Assembly: GCF_009914755.1 (NCBI RefSeq) | Contig: NC_060933.1 | Direction: 5' to 3' (one strand) | Source: the human T2T-CHM13v2.0 reference genome, Homo sapiens | Length of the DNA stretch: 64,000 nucleotides | The notes under the pieces: generated by a model | Databases searched by the model: none | Seen by the model: only the letters and a program-made list of their open reading frames with translations | What the model was told of the DNA's origin: nothing | In this document: piece after piece, positions 29,010 to 43,639 of the stretch | Layout: each line of letters begins with the position of its first letter | How positions within the stretch are numbered: the first letter of the stretch is position 1 | Translations under genes and position numbers: made by a program

Positions 29010-30067
29010 GTGAGTCTGTGCAATGCGGTATGAAAGCTTAGCTTCGGGGGCACTGACTTGCTCCACTTACCAGCTCTGGATCCCATTCCTTGCTCTGGGT
29101 GTTTGGAACTGCCCACCCTCACCTAGACTAACCACCCCATGGCTAAGCTTTGCCACCTTGGACCCAGGTTTTCCCCTGAGTGCAGCGCGTGGGGTCCAGA
29201 CCCTCGGGGAAGACACCATTTTCCCAGGAGCCTATCTGGATGGCTCATTCTGCCTGCCTTCCCTCCCACTTCCTCCAAAGACTCCTGCAATCAGTGCTTG
29301 TTCCCTCCCTGAGGACAACCTCTCCAGGCTCCCTTTAGTGACCCACTTATATCCCAACTCTCCATCTCCCTACCTCAGTATAATGAGAAAAAGCAACCAG
29401 CATTGCCTCCTATAGGTGTGCAATATCATATGAAAATAAAGACGCCCTGCATATAAATAGCAATAATAGAGAAATGCCAGAGGAAAAATTATTTTCAACC
29501 AGTTGCTGACTGCTGTGCATTACTTAGCCAGCCCTAAATAGACAGTAAATGCTTTTCAATATTTCTTTGCATGTTGGATATTACAGACCCTTTAAAAAGG
29601 CATATGTTGTGCATGTTTATAAAACACACCCAACAAGCTCAACTGGTACAATGTAACAAAAACACAACTTTGTTTTTGCTTTCCCATTATCTCTTTAAAA
29701 ATTTACTCAGCAGAGGATGTTCATCAACATTGCCTCTGCCTGGGCAGGCCCCCAAACCTGCAGACCACTTCCAAGTTAAAAAAAAAAAAAAATCTTACAG
29801 TCATTTTAAGTGACCAGCGCAGTCTCATTTAGGTAGCCCTGTTTTCTCTCCCTGAGCAGAGCTGCAGAAGGAACCTGCTGTCATGCTTCCTCCTTCTTGC
29901 TTGTCACTGTCGCCCCCACTGGCTGGCTAGTCTTTCTGACTTACCTGGGCTCAGCCAGAGAAAGGTGATGGGGCAAGAGTCTTTACCTGACAGAAACTAT
30001 TGCAAAACGACTAAGTCCTTTCTGGGACTGGCTGCCATCAAATGCCAACTCCTCCTCTGAGAAGCAC

Positions 30068-30438
30068 TGTAAGGAACTGAATGTCTGTATCTCCACCAAA
30101 TTCCTATGTTGAAGCCCTACCCCACAATGTGATGGTATTAGAGGGGGGAGTCTTTGAGAGGTATTTAGGACTAGATGAGCTCATAAGGGTGGAGCCCTCA
30201 CGAATAGGATAAGTACCCTTACAGGAGTCATGAGACAGCTTGCCTCTCCTCTCTGCACTCTGCCACGTGAGGACACAAGAAGGTGGCAGTCTGCAACCCA
30301 GAAGACAGCCCTCCCCATAACCCAAAAATGCTGGCACCCGATTGAGGAATTCCAGTCTGCAGAAATATGAGAAATAAATTTCTATTGTTTAAGCCACCCA
30401 GTCTATGGCAGTTTGTTATAGCAGCCCGACCTAAAACA
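30068..30438 (+). mobile_element. MLT1A0-like MaLR LTR
   Basis: TGTAAGGAACTGAATGTCTGT...GAGAAATAAATTTCTATTGTTTAAGCCACCCAGTCTATGG...CTAAAACA; near-TSD AGCAC/AGCCC. Confidence 0.88.
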
Positions 30439-30769
30439 AGCCCTTTCGAAGCAGTTAGGTGGTGGCCCTGCGAGATCCCTCCTACTGCAACTCCCTGAAT
30501 GTGGGCAACACATCCTGTCTCCCAGACTGCTCTTGCTGTGTCTCTGGATTTTGGTGGTCCCCTCACAGACTCACCAGGGGAAGGCCCATTGTCCTCCCAG
30601 TGGTCAGGCGCTCCAGGTTCCTGCACTCTTGCCAATTGTAGAGTAGTCTCTTGCACCCTCTAGCCTGACAAGCTGTTCTGGTTATTATTGCTGCATCAAA
30701 AAATACCCCAAAACTTAGTGGTATAAAAAGATAATCATGTTATTTTGATAATGATTTTGCAGGTAAGAA

Positions 30770-31590
30770 ACAAACATCTCAATAAAAAATGAACAAAATA
30801 TTAGAATACATTTCACCCAAAGAAAATATAAAAATGGCAAATGAGCACATAAGAAGTTCAACAATATTAATCACTAGGGAAATGCAAATTGAAACTACAA
30901 TGAGATACCACTACATACCTATTAGAATATCTACAATTTAAAAAGAAAACCATACCAATTGATGATGAGGATGCAGAGAAACTGGAGTTCTCATACACTG
31001 CTAGTGGGGATGTAAAATGGTACAACCACTTAAAAAAAAGCAGTGAGGCATTTTATTTAAAATTTAAACACACATATACCATATGACCCAGCAATTTTAC
31101 TCCTATTTATACAAGAGAAATGAAGGATATTTACACAAGAGAAATATACTCAGACTTCTACATGAATGTTCATAGCAGTTTTATTTGTAATACCCAAAAA
31201 CTGGAACTAACCCAACAGATGAATTGATAAATCATGGCATAGCCATGTAATACTGCTCAACAATGAAAAGGCATGAAATATTAATACACATAACAATATC
31301 AATAAATCTCAAAGTAATCAGGTGAAGTGAAAGACGCTGACAAAAAGGGAGTTTCCTTTACATAAAACTCTAGAAAATGCAAACTCATAAGCAGTGACAG
31401 AAAACAGATGAGTGGCTGCCTAGGGATGGGGGAGGTGGGGAACAGCAGGAGTGAGACTATGAAGGGAGAATGATGGATGTGTTAATTATATTAATCATCG
31501 TAGTGGTTTCACAGGCATATTCGTATGTCAAAATTAATCACATTCTACACTTTAGACATGTGCAATTTATTGTATGTCAGTTATGCTTTT
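30770..31590 (+). mobile_element. Old L1 (L1ME/MD-like) 3' end
   Basis: GGGAAATGCAAATTGAAACTACAATGAGATACCACTAC, CATATGACCCAGCAATTTTACTCCT, TTTATTGTATGTCAGTTAT. Confidence 0.8.
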
Positions 31591-31699
31591 TATATCTTTT
31601 TAAGAAAAAATATTATATACCAATCCCATGGTTTAGGGAACCAGAGTTCATTTTGCATTCTCCAGAACTATTATAAAATAGAGATTATATGTTCCTTGA

Positions 31700-32990
31700 T
31701 GTTGACAAAGCACATTAATAAATTATCTGACCCTGGGAAAAAGGTGAAGGGTGAAAGTTATGGATAGACCTTTCACTACAAACTCAATTTCTTAACCAAT
31801 TACAGGACCATTAAAGTTTTTTCTTTCTTCTTGTGTCAGCTTTGGTTATTTGATCATTGCCAGTTTCATCTAAGTTTTTAAACTCATTGATACAAACCTA
31901 ATCCTTATATTCTCTTACTCTTTTTTGTCTGTATTATATTAATAATTATGCCCCATTCTCTTTACTAACATTGTTTAAAAGCTTTCTGTTTTTTGTATCC
32001 TGATTTGGTTAGCGAAGTATTTTTCTTTATTATTACTTTTGTTCAAAAATAACAATTTTGTTGATCATCTCTATTTTTTAAATTAGTGTCCAATTTCCTT
32101 AATTTACATTTTCACATTTATTACTTCTTTATTTCTACTATTTTGGGTCTACCGTATTCTCTTTGTCTACCTTCTTGAGTTGAATGGCTGATTCATTAAT
32201 ATCTAATTTTTCTAATTCCAGAGTTTGGGTTCCAGAATCAGATGAGTAGGGATTCCAGCTCTGTACTTACTAGCTGAGTAATCCTGGGTTAATTATTCAA
32301 CTTATCTCTGCCTCAGTTTCCTCATTACATTCTGATTTAGCATGAGTTGGTCATGTAAAGAACCTAGAATGTTGCCTCACACATGGTAAGTAGTCAACAA
32401 ATATTAGCAATTATTTGTTTGGCACAAGATTCTAAGAATACAATTTAGTTGCAGCTTTTAATTTTGCCCTTCAAATATTTTATATCTTTACTAAATATTT
32501 GTCTGATTAATCTGAAAGAGATGTTAAAATCTGCCACTGTCTTTGTATATTTGGGCTTTATAGACCCTGAAGATGAGTTATTAAGTCACATAATTTCAAG
32601 ATTGGTGTGTCGTCCTGGTAAATTATTCTTTCATCATCAAGTAATGACAGAGTCTACTTTATCCAAATTTTGTATTTCTCTACCATTTTTCTTTTGGTTA
32701 CTATCAGAAAAAGTTGTATACCACATCCCTGGCAACATATCTTGCTTATTATATTTTAGGTGTCTCTCTCATAAACCATAGAACATAAATGTTTCTTATT
32801 TCAAATGAAATTTCTTTTATTGGATGTGTTTAATCCATTTTCATTCCTTGTGATTACAGACATATTTGGTTGGTTATTTAATCTGATTTAGTTTTCTGTT
32901 TACTTTCAATTAAATTGGTAATCCTTTCTTCCTATTCTTTTTCTTCTGTATTTGTTTGGAAGTTATATTCTGCTTTTGCTAAGACAGAAA
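31700..32990 (-). mobile_element. Ancient antisense L1 fragments (T-rich)
   Basis: Antisense L1 ORF2-like motifs (TTGTTGATCATCTCTATT, AGAGATGTTAAAATCT, GTGTTTAATCCATTTTCATT). Confidence 0.6.
32215..32420 (+). mobile_element. MIR SINE
   Basis: TTCCAGCTCTGTACTTACTAGCTGAGTAATCCTGGG...TCTCTGCCTCAGTTTCCTCAT. Confidence 0.8.
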
Positions 32991-34256
32991 GAAAAGAGAC
33001 ACAGAGATGTTTACAAGTAAGTAACACATCATGAGGAATCGAAGATTCAATCATGGAAAGTATGCCCCACTTACCAGCCTGTCTCCCAAATGGCACCAAC
33101 TGTCACCAGTTCCCCGAGGTTCCTTCCAGGGATAGAAATTTTAATTCTTCTTCATCTTAATTTTCAAATCTACTATTTCAGTTTCCCCCTCTGTTGTATT
33201 CCTCTTTCCCCCTATTCCTGTTATCCTTCCACCAACCTTAACAGGAAGAAACAACCAGAGAGAGACTAGAAGTAGAGAAAATAATTCGGAAAAATTGAGG
33301 GAGAAAAAAAAAGTCACCAGAGAAACTGAAAACTCAAAAATAAATTTTAAGAGGGCAAAAACTAGCTACAGATCAGGAGAAAATATTTGCAAACCATGTA
33401 TTTAACCAAAGACTAGTATCCTGAATAAACAAAGAACTTGCAAAACTTGACAATTAAGAAAAGTCAATTAGAAAATGGGTAAAAGATGTAAACAGACATT
33501 TCGCTGAAGAGGACATACAGATGGCAAATAAACACATGAAAATAAGTCTAATGCCATTAGTCATTAGGGAAATGCAAATTTAAATCATAATGGGATATCA
33601 CTACATATACATCTATCAGAATAATAATTAGTGACAACACCAAATGCTGGGGATGATACAGAGAAACTGAGTCACTCCTACATTGCTGGGAATATGGAAT
33701 GGTACAGCCACCCTGAAAACAGTTTGGCAGTTTCTTATATAACCAAACCTGAAAAATACCATATGATCCACAATTTGTATCCTTGGGCATTTATCCCAGA
33801 GAAACAAAAACTTATATTCACACAACACCTACACACGAATATTTATAGCAGCCTTATTAGTAATAGCTGAAATCTGGAAACAGCCCAAGTGTCCTTCAAT
33901 GAGTGAATAAACTGCAGTATGTGTGGTATAGTGCAAAATACTACTCAGTATTTTTTTAAATGAATGATTGATACAAGCAACAACTTGGATGACTCTCCAG
34001 AGATTATGCTAAATTAAAAAGCCAATCCCAAAAGATTACCTACTGTATGATTCCATTTAATAACATTCCCCAACTGACAAAATTATAGAAGTGGAAACCA
34101 GATTAGTCGTTGCCAGGCACTATGGAAGGTGGAGGGAGGCAGTGAGAGGTGAGCATGACAGGAGAACACAGGGATGCTCGTAGGGATGGACTATTCCATA
34201 TCTCGACTGTGGTGGTGGATACACAGACCTACATATATGATAAAATTGCATAAAAC

Positions 34257-34798
34257 CTTCAGAGGTATTTAAACCAGAGCAACTCCATCTTGAATAGGAA
34301 CTGGACAAAATGAGGATGAGACCTACTGAGCTGCATTCCCAGGAGGTTAAGGTGTTCTTAGTCGCAAGGTGAGATAGGAGGTCAGCACAAGATAAGGTCA
34401 TAAAAACCTTGCTGATAAAACAGGTTGCAGTCAAGAAGCCGGCTAAAACCCACCAAAGGCAAGATGGCAATGACAGTGACCTCTGGTCATCCTCATTGCT
34501 ACACTCCCATCCGTGCCAGGACAGTTTACAAATGCCATGGCAACATCAGAAAGTTACCCTCCATGGTCTAAAAAGGGCAGGCATGAAAAATCCACCCCTT
34601 ATTTAGCATATAATCAAGATAATACCATAAAAATGTGCAACCAGCAGCCCACGGGGCTGCTCTGCCTATGGAGTAGCCATTCTTTTATTCCCTTACTTTT
34701 TTAATAAACTTGCTTTCACTTTATGGACTTGCCCTGAATTCTTGCAAAATTCAAGAACCCTCTTTTGGGGTCTGGATCAGGACCTCTTTCTGGTAACA
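34257..34798 (+). mobile_element. MER41A-type ERV1 solo LTR
   Basis: TCAGAGGTATTTAAACCAGAGCAACTCCATCTTGAATAG start and GGACCTCTTTCTGGTAACA end; lacks the MER41B tandem-GAS block after GGTCTAAAAAGGG; TSD AAAC/GAAC. Confidence 0.88.
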
Positions 34799-35077
34799 GA
34801 ACTACACACAGGCACACATACACAAACAAGTACATGTAAAATAAAACAGAAAAAAAAACTGAATAAGAGGAGTGGATTGTATCAATGCCAACATTTTCCT
34901 TCATTATTGCTTTTGTTAAAAAAAAAACCTTAATTTTGTTGATCTTCTCTATTTTTTTTATTAGTTTCCCTAGCTGTGATATTGTACTATAGTTTTGTCA
35001 AGATGTTACCACTGGGAAAAACTGGGTAAACAATACAGAGGATCTCTCTATCTCTATTATTTCTTACAACTGCATGT

Positions 35078-36140
<1,063 letters not shown>

Positions 36141-36149
36141 ATGTGAATC

Positions 36150-36895
36150 TGTTAGCACTAGGGAACATACCCAAGTCACACAGCACCAAAGTATGTTAGC
36201 AGCAGCACGTATGGGTCTGCAGCAACCTCAATTCTTGCCTCCTTAGAAGAAAGAATTTGGCGAAGGTGCACAAGGCAGAGTGAGAGACTGGGGCAAGTTT
36301 TAGAGCAGGAGTAAATGTTTATTTAAAAGTTTTGGAGCAGGAACGAAAGTAAAGCACACTCGGAAGAGGGCCAAGAGGCAACTTGAGAGATTCAAGGGTA
36401 TGGTTTGACCTTTGATTTGGGTCTTAGATGTTGGCATGCTTCCAGGGTTGCATTACCTCTCCCCTAATTCTTCCCTTGGGGTGGGCTGTCCACATGTGCA
36501 GTGACCTGCCAGCACGTGGAAGGGGCTGCATGTGCAGTGTGTTTGCTGAAGTTGTACACATACTCACTTGAAGCGTTTTCCCCTTATCAGTCGAGTGTTC
36601 CTTGGGGAAGGTCATATACCAATTAAACTCTGCCATTTTGCCTCTTATTGTACATGCTTGAGCCCACTCACTCAACTCCTGAGATCTTATCAGGAAGCTG
36701 CTGATCACCAGCTTTAGGTGTTTTTCTGTTTCCTAGGAGACTGCCTTTCCCTGGCACCGGCTGTGACCAATTAGAGCAATTATTATTTTAGAGAGACAAT
36801 TTACAACCACCTGACCATCACCTGATGGTCACCTGACATTCCTGGGTGATGGGGCCCTCTCCTGCCCTGCTCGTGTCTGACTACCCACTGTAACA
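36150..36895 (-). mobile_element. MER50-type ERV1 solo LTR
   Basis: Reverse strand starts TGTTACAGTGGGTAGTCAGACACGAGCAGGGCAGGAGAGGGCCCC; perfect TSD AATC (36146-36149 / 36896-36899). Confidence 0.85.
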
Positions 36896-36935
36896 AATCT
36901 GTAATGATCTCAAAATTTAAAAGTTTAATAATAAT

Positions 36936-37450
36936 ACACCCATGTTCATAGCAGCATTGTTCACAATAGCCAAAATGTGGAAGTCACCCTCCTCCATTGA
37001 CAGGTGAATGGATAAACAAAATGTGTTACATCAATTCCATGAAATATTATTCAACCTTTCGAAGGAAGGAAATTCTGTCACATGCTACAACAGGGGTGAA
37101 CCTTGACAACATTATACTAAGTGAAATAAGTCAATCACAAAAAACCAAAAACTGTGTGATTTCACTCATATGAAATGTATCTAGGGTAGTCACATTCATA
37201 GAGATGGAAAGTAGAATGGTGATTGCCAGAGGCTGCAGGAGGAGGAATGGGGATGTGCTGTTTAATGGGAACAGAGTTTTGGCTTTGCAAGATGAAAAGA
37301 GTTCTGGGGATGGATGGTGGTGTTAGCTGCACAACAATATGAATGTCCTTAATGCCACTGAATTATACACTTAAAAATTGTTAAGATGCTAAATTTTATG
37401 TTGTGTGCGTTTTACCACAATTTAAAATTTTTTTAACTTTAATAATTTTT
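36936..37450 (+). mobile_element. L1MB-type 3' end
   Basis: CATGTTCATAGCAGCATTGTTCACAATAGCC...GATGAAAAGAGTTCTGG...AATGCCACTGAATTATACACTTAAAA. Confidence 0.85.
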
Positions 37451-37454
37451 TAAA

Positions 37455-37890
37455 ACTAGCTTAAGCAAAGAAAAACTGGAAGTGATTCATTGGCTTAGAG
37501 GCATGAGTCTGGGTTCAGGTGTGGCTGGCCCTGGGGATTCAAATGATGTCACCGAGACCTGTCCTCTCCAATTTTTGGGGCTGCTCTCCTCTCTGTCACG
37601 TTCACCTCAGGCCAGCTCTCTCCACTTGAGGGCAAAGATTGCCAGGGGCAACTCCAGGCTCATATTGTTTACCATATACAACATCCAAGGAGAAGAGCAA
37701 AATCCTCCCCCCGCCAATAACCACACCAATCCCTGAAAAGAGCTGGGCAGGGCCAACTGAGGCCACGGGTCATCCTTGGCATGGGGAAGGTGGGAAAGTG
37801 TGATTTACCACCCTAACCTGTATTACCTGGAATGCCTTGGGAATCTATTTCAGGAAGGGAAGTCCACAGGCAGACGTCCACCACAATGAG
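37455..37890 (-). mobile_element. Ancient MLT1K-like LTR
   Basis: CTAGCTTAAGCAAAG...TTCAGGTGTGGCTGG...CAAATGATGTCACC...GGCAAAGATTGCCAGGGGCAACTCCAGGCT. Confidence 0.55.
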
Positions 37891-38428
37891 GTTGCAAAAT
37901 CTGTAACATCAAAACTATATTTTGACCTGATGGCACCACAGTGACAAGTGATTTTTCACAGAATAAGTAAATCCTGAACTACCTAGACATAAAAATAGGT
38001 GAAATCACACACACTCATAGAAATAATTCTCTAGTGATAACTAAATCACTAGAATTATATAGTATTAAAATTTTATGTTGTAAAGAAAATGAGAACTTAT
38101 AATCAATGGAGATAAAGAAAATAGCTTAGAGTTAGGGACAAAAGTGTTCCGTGCTTCAATAGCATGTATTTTGGCTGTATTTGGCAGGAAGTTTCATCTC
38201 TAATGAGAGTCTCCCCTCCACTTGCTGTAGAAGGTTTCCTTGAAACAGCCTGCAGTGATCGCTGGCTAGAGGACACTGGGGATGCACAATGTGACACCAT
38301 TTCTAACCTATTTCCAAGTGTAACTTAAGGTACTTATTTTTCCAAAGAAAACTTCCTTTGACCAGGACTTGTGCTAAGCAGGCATTTGCAGGACATGTAC
38401 TGAATGCAGAAATTAAAGGATGAGAGGA

Positions 38429-38720
38429 GGCCGGGCACGGTGGCTCATGCCTGTAATCCCAGCACTTTGGGAGGCCGAGGAGGGTGGATCTCAAGGTCAA
38501 GAGATCAAGACCATCCTGGCCAACATGGTGAAACCCTATCTCTACTAAAAATACAAAAATTAGCTGGGCGTGGTGGCGTGCACCTGTAGTCCCAGCTACT
38601 GGGGAGACTGAAGCAGGAGAATCACTTGAAACTGGCAGGCAAAGGTTTCAGTGAGCCGAGATCACACCACTGCACTCCAGCCTGGTGACAGAGTGAGACT
38701 CTGTCTCAAAAAAAAAAAAA
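38429..38720 (+). mobile_element. AluSc
   Basis: GGTCAAGAGATC...ACCATCCTGGCCAACATGG diagnostics; TSD GATGAGAGGA (38419-38428 / 38721-38730). Confidence 0.9.
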
Positions 38721-39545
38721 GATGAGAGGAGCAGAGGAGCAGGGCTGTGGCCTGGGCTTACTCTGAGCAGCTGGCCATGGCTCCTGCTGTAGACAGGCTC
38801 CCCCAGCAGCCTTCCCACACCTGTGTCATGCCTTCCCTGTACAGAGCGTGGAACGCTCATAAGAAGGCAAATGAGGCTGGCATGTCCAGGAAGCTACGAC
38901 TGGGAGTGAGTTCAGGGTCTGCTCCCTGTGACTGTGGCCTCAAGGGCAGGGCCCGTGATGCTGCTGGGTGATTTCTCTGGCTGCACTGTTCCTGGTTGTT
39001 CCTGGTTGTAGCAGCAAGTCATGGTCCACTGTGCCTCCCAGGAACTCTGCCTACTGCCTAATACTCTGGATTTATACAGTTAGAGAAAATTTATTTGCAA
39101 AAGCCATCAGTCAAGTCACCTGAGGGTCAGGATTCATGGCTTGGTTGATTCCAAAGGCAGCAATCCAACTGACTCTCCCCACTGTGTGTACCAAGCTCTG
39201 TGTGCTGACCAGAATCACCCCTCAATCCCCTGGAGGCCCCTCAGTCCTCATTCACTTTGTCCCTCCAGGTGTGGGCCATGACTGGTGTTCTTACAGGACA
39301 TGAGCATCAATCAACTCAATACCCAGCCCTAATCATGCCTTTTGCTAAAAAGCCTTATCCTACCACCAAGCCAACATTGTCGCTTCTAGCCACAGTCTCC
39401 CCTGACACTCCACACACATATCTCTTTGTGCCCATCACACTGGTCTGTGATAGTCTGCTCCCTGGTTGCATGGACTTGCACAAAGGTCAGGATCATTCCC
39501 ATCACGTTGTCAACAAATGCTTCTTAATGGACTTGAATTCATTTA

Positions 39546-40001
39546 TTATATTAGCATTCTCCAGAGAAACAGATCCAATAGGGTGTGCGTGTGTGTGTGT
39601 GTGTGTGTGTGTAGCAAAAGAGAGAGAGGGGGGGAAGATTTATTTTATAGAATTGGCTCTCACAATTGTGAACCTATAACGTGAGGTCCAAAATCTGCAT
39701 GATGGGCCAGAAGGCTGGAGACCTAGGGAAGCGTTGTGCTGCCGCTTAAGTAGCAAGCCAGTCTGGAGGCAGAATTCCTCCTTCTCAGGGGCGGTTGGTG
39801 TTGTTCTCTTAAGTCCTTCAACTGATTCGGTGAGGACTGCCCACATTATGGAGAGCCACATGCTTTACACAAAGCCTGCTGATTTAAATGTTAATCTAGC
39901 TAAAAAAAAAAAAAATACCTTCACAGTGACTTCTAGACTTGTGTTTGACCACCTATCTGGGTACCATAGCCTAGTCAAAGTGACACCTAAAATTACCCAC
40001 A
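39546..40001 (-). mobile_element. MLT2 (C/D-like) ERVL LTR with internal (TG)n
   Basis: TTCTCCAGAGAAACAGATCCAATAGG(TG)n...CCTTCAACTGATTCGGTGAGG...GATTTAAATGTTAATC...GACACCTAAAATTACCCACA. Confidence 0.85.
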
Positions 40002-40149
40002 TCCATTTTATACCATCTAGATGTTCAATAAGTGATAAAGGAAGGGAGGGGAGAGGGAAGAATGGAAAAAAATTAGCTGGTTCTAAAAATGCTTTGGTAA
40101 ATCACAAAAATTATTAAAATAAAAATGTAGTTTCCCTAATGCCTACTTT

Positions 40150-40931
40150 TGTCACAGCCCAACAGGTTCTTGTTGCCTGATTCCCTGAAATAAACAAACA
40201 ATAACAACAACAAAACCACAGTTTTGTTGAGAACAGTAGGTGTTACAACAAAGAAAGAATTTAATAATGGCAGGGCCAGCTAAGCGAGGAGAACAGGGAG
40301 AAATTTCTCAAACTCGTCTCCTTGAGGATTCAGAGGCTGGGGTTTCTTAAGGGTACTTTGGTGAGCAGGAGCCTGGGGCACTGGAACAATGGATTGGCTG
40401 CGGATGAAATCACAGGAGCCTCTAAAGCTGTCTTCCTGCAGCTGAGTCATCCAGGGGAAAGGGAGGTTCTCAAGACCAGGTGGTGTCTCTTGGTTTACTA
40501 AGATGCTAAATCTGAAAAAATGTCCCAAAGACCAGTTCTTTAGTTTTCACTATAATTATGTTATCTATAGGAGTAATTGAGGAAGTTATGAATCTTGCAA
40601 CCCCCAGTTACATGACTCCAGGGCAGTCAGCAACTTACAGGAAAACATGCTCAGCAATGGCAGGTCATTGTTCAATGCTGCCTATTCTTTAGCAAAGTTC
40701 AGGCCCTATCATAATTCTAACCTCCTCTTATGAATGGCTTCAGCCTCCTGACAAGGAGGCAGGTCAGTTTCCCTTGCCTCTAAGTTGAACTATAAACTAC
40801 ATTCCTCTTATGGTTATCTTGGCCTCTGTGCTAAAATATGCAAAAAAAATAGTTTAGCCTGTGAGGTTGGAAGAAAGACGGAGTCAGTCATGTTAGATTT
40901 CTCTCATTATAATTCTGCAAAGGCAGTTTCA
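40150..40931 (-). mobile_element. LTR8-family ERV1 solo LTR
   Basis: Reverse strand starts TGAAACTGCCTTTGCAGAATTAT...GACTGACTCCGTCTT; TG...CA ends; perfect TSD CTTT (40146-40149 / 40932-40935). Confidence 0.8.
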
Positions 40932-41295
40932 CTTTAAAAGTCAATATCATTGGCTATAAAAGTTCTGATGCAGTCACTAAAAATAGATCTCATTAAGTTG
41001 TAAACATAATTCATGTAAAGCAGGACTAGAAAATTAAACACACACAATGGCACATGAAAGGACATCAGATAAAGTCCAAATTCCCCAGAAGGCATTCAGA
41101 GCCCCCCACTTATTAGGTCCCCTCTCCACTCTCTTAAGAGGCAAGACAAAGAATGTCTAAAGAGGAAGCTGGGAAAAACATTGATCCACCCTGAACAAAC
41201 TTGCTTTTATTTTCCTCATATTTCATCCAGTCAGTAAACTTCCTAAGCAATTAAAACAAATGTACCAAATTGTAAAAAATTAAACACTAAAATTA

Positions 41296-41726
<431 letters not shown>

Positions 41727-42104
41727 TCAATTTGAAGGTTTTAACATCAGAGACTTCCACTTCCATTATTTCATCCTGTTTGGGCTCACTGCTAATCTTT
41801 AGTAACACACACATATTCATAAACCTATGTAATTTACCAAGCTATGTTACCACAGAGTAGCTGAAGAAACAATTTCATAATGTAAGCACAGGCTTACATT
41901 AAAAACAAGACTTAAAAATAAGAAAGGGCTCACCACATCCCAGCCAGCAAGTGAACTGGAACAAGTGTGGGCACGGCCAGTGGCCTTGCAGAGGTGCTGA
42001 GAGCTGCTTCAGGGCAGCTTTGCTCCCCTGTCCCCAGAGGCTAGACATGCCCAGATTCATGAGAAGGTATCCAGGTGCAGGATCCATCTAAACATGTAGC
42101 AAGG

Positions 42105-42620
42105 GGTAAAGAAAAATGTGATTCATGACACTCGTTAAAGCATGGGAAAGCAGACTTTATTCAGAGGGAACGATCATGGCAAGTATACGGACCACCACAG
42201 TGGGGTTTTGCAATTGGAGAGAGAAATTGGGCTCCAAATTATAACTCCAAATACAATAAAGAAAAATGGGAGTTTATAGCCAAGGAGCAGGATGGGGTCC
42301 AGTGGATGGAAAATGACTAAGAGGGAACATCAGGGGTGATGGGGGAATCTGGCTAAAGTGACCTAAAAGGGTTCTTGCAGAAGACAGGCTGGTGTGACCA
42401 CACATGACCTGAGGGCTGGTGGAGGATGAAGAACCCAGTTGGATATGGAGAATCATCAGGTATTGAGGGAGAGGGGTTCTGGCTAAACCCACTTGACAGG
42501 ATTATTGCTAGCACTGAGTGCAGCAAAGAAGAACAGGAGTCTAAACGTTGAGAACTAGCTGGGAAGAGGGCTCAGAGGAGAGGAGCCTGACTAGCATTTG
42601 GTCAAGGAGAGTCTTTGTCA
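42105..42620 (-). mobile_element. MER31-type ERV1 solo LTR
   Basis: Reverse strand starts TGACAAAGACTCTCCTTGACCAAATGCTAGTCAGGCTCCTC. Confidence 0.78.
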
Positions 42621-43483
42621 CCAGGTGAAATAGTCCAGGAAAAGGACATTTCCTTTACCCAGTTTTAATGTCCTGACTTTCCTGGTGCTAAGTAGATGAG
42701 ACACTTCACTGGCCTCCCTCCTGCAGAACTGGCCTGGCTTCTCCTGGGCTGCCTGGGAGAGTCAGAAACAATCAGGAGCTTGCTCTCTGCTGGTCCACTG
42801 GACCTGCAGGGAAGCAGCCTGCCTACATATCTTTGCCCTCCAACAGGGGCCCTAACCCCCAGTGCAATTTCAAATTGTGGCCCATTTTGTAAATCAATGT
42901 CTCCTCCTGGGTTCACGTCTTAACTCTTCCAATCCAGAGGCTTCACGCCTCCGAGGGAGGACTAGCTTCGCTCTCAAAGTTACCTGCACCCTGGTGTATC
43001 CCTCCCAAAATTTCCATGCATTTCACGATGTCTGTATTCTAACACACCCCACACACTCTCAGGATGTAGTCTAAAATACATCAAATCACTTCCTTGTGAT
43101 GCAGCAACAAAAACATCAAAAAACATCTAGTTCTGACAGATTTCATTAGGAAAAAAATCTTGCTTTAATTTTCACTTCCTGCAACCAGTTACCTCTCTCT
43201 TAAATGTTGCTTTAAATTTTCTTCATTTGGAACCTACTTTACAGCATTGACGCCATTGAATTACATTCCTTATTCTTCTCTTAGATGAGACCTATTCTAA
43301 ATTTTCTTCCTGTTTTCAGAATAAGACAGGTGTCTGCAAAACAATACAGTATGTTCCTAAAGAAAAGTCTGAATCCCACAGTGCATTTCATCAGCAGATA
43401 TCTTTTTTCCCAGAATAGAAAATGTCTCAGGCAAGGGGAAGTGTTTCGACTTAAATCCCTTTATGAAATACCCTGAAATCCCC

Positions 43484-43527
43484 GGGGGGGGAGGGGGTGG
43501 GGGACAGCAGGTGGGGCAGCCAGGGGG
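43484..43527 (+). other. Potential G-quadruplex motif
   Basis: G8-A-G5-T-G5 followed by G4 and G5 runs. Confidence 0.6.
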
Positions 43528-43639
43528 ACGTGACTTTCTGTCTGTGTAGGTAGAAGCCCTCTACAGCCCAGGCCAAGTTCAGGCACCAGCCTGGGAGCAG
43601 CTCTCCCAGTCAGGCCCTTGCCTCTGAGTAGATGCCCTC

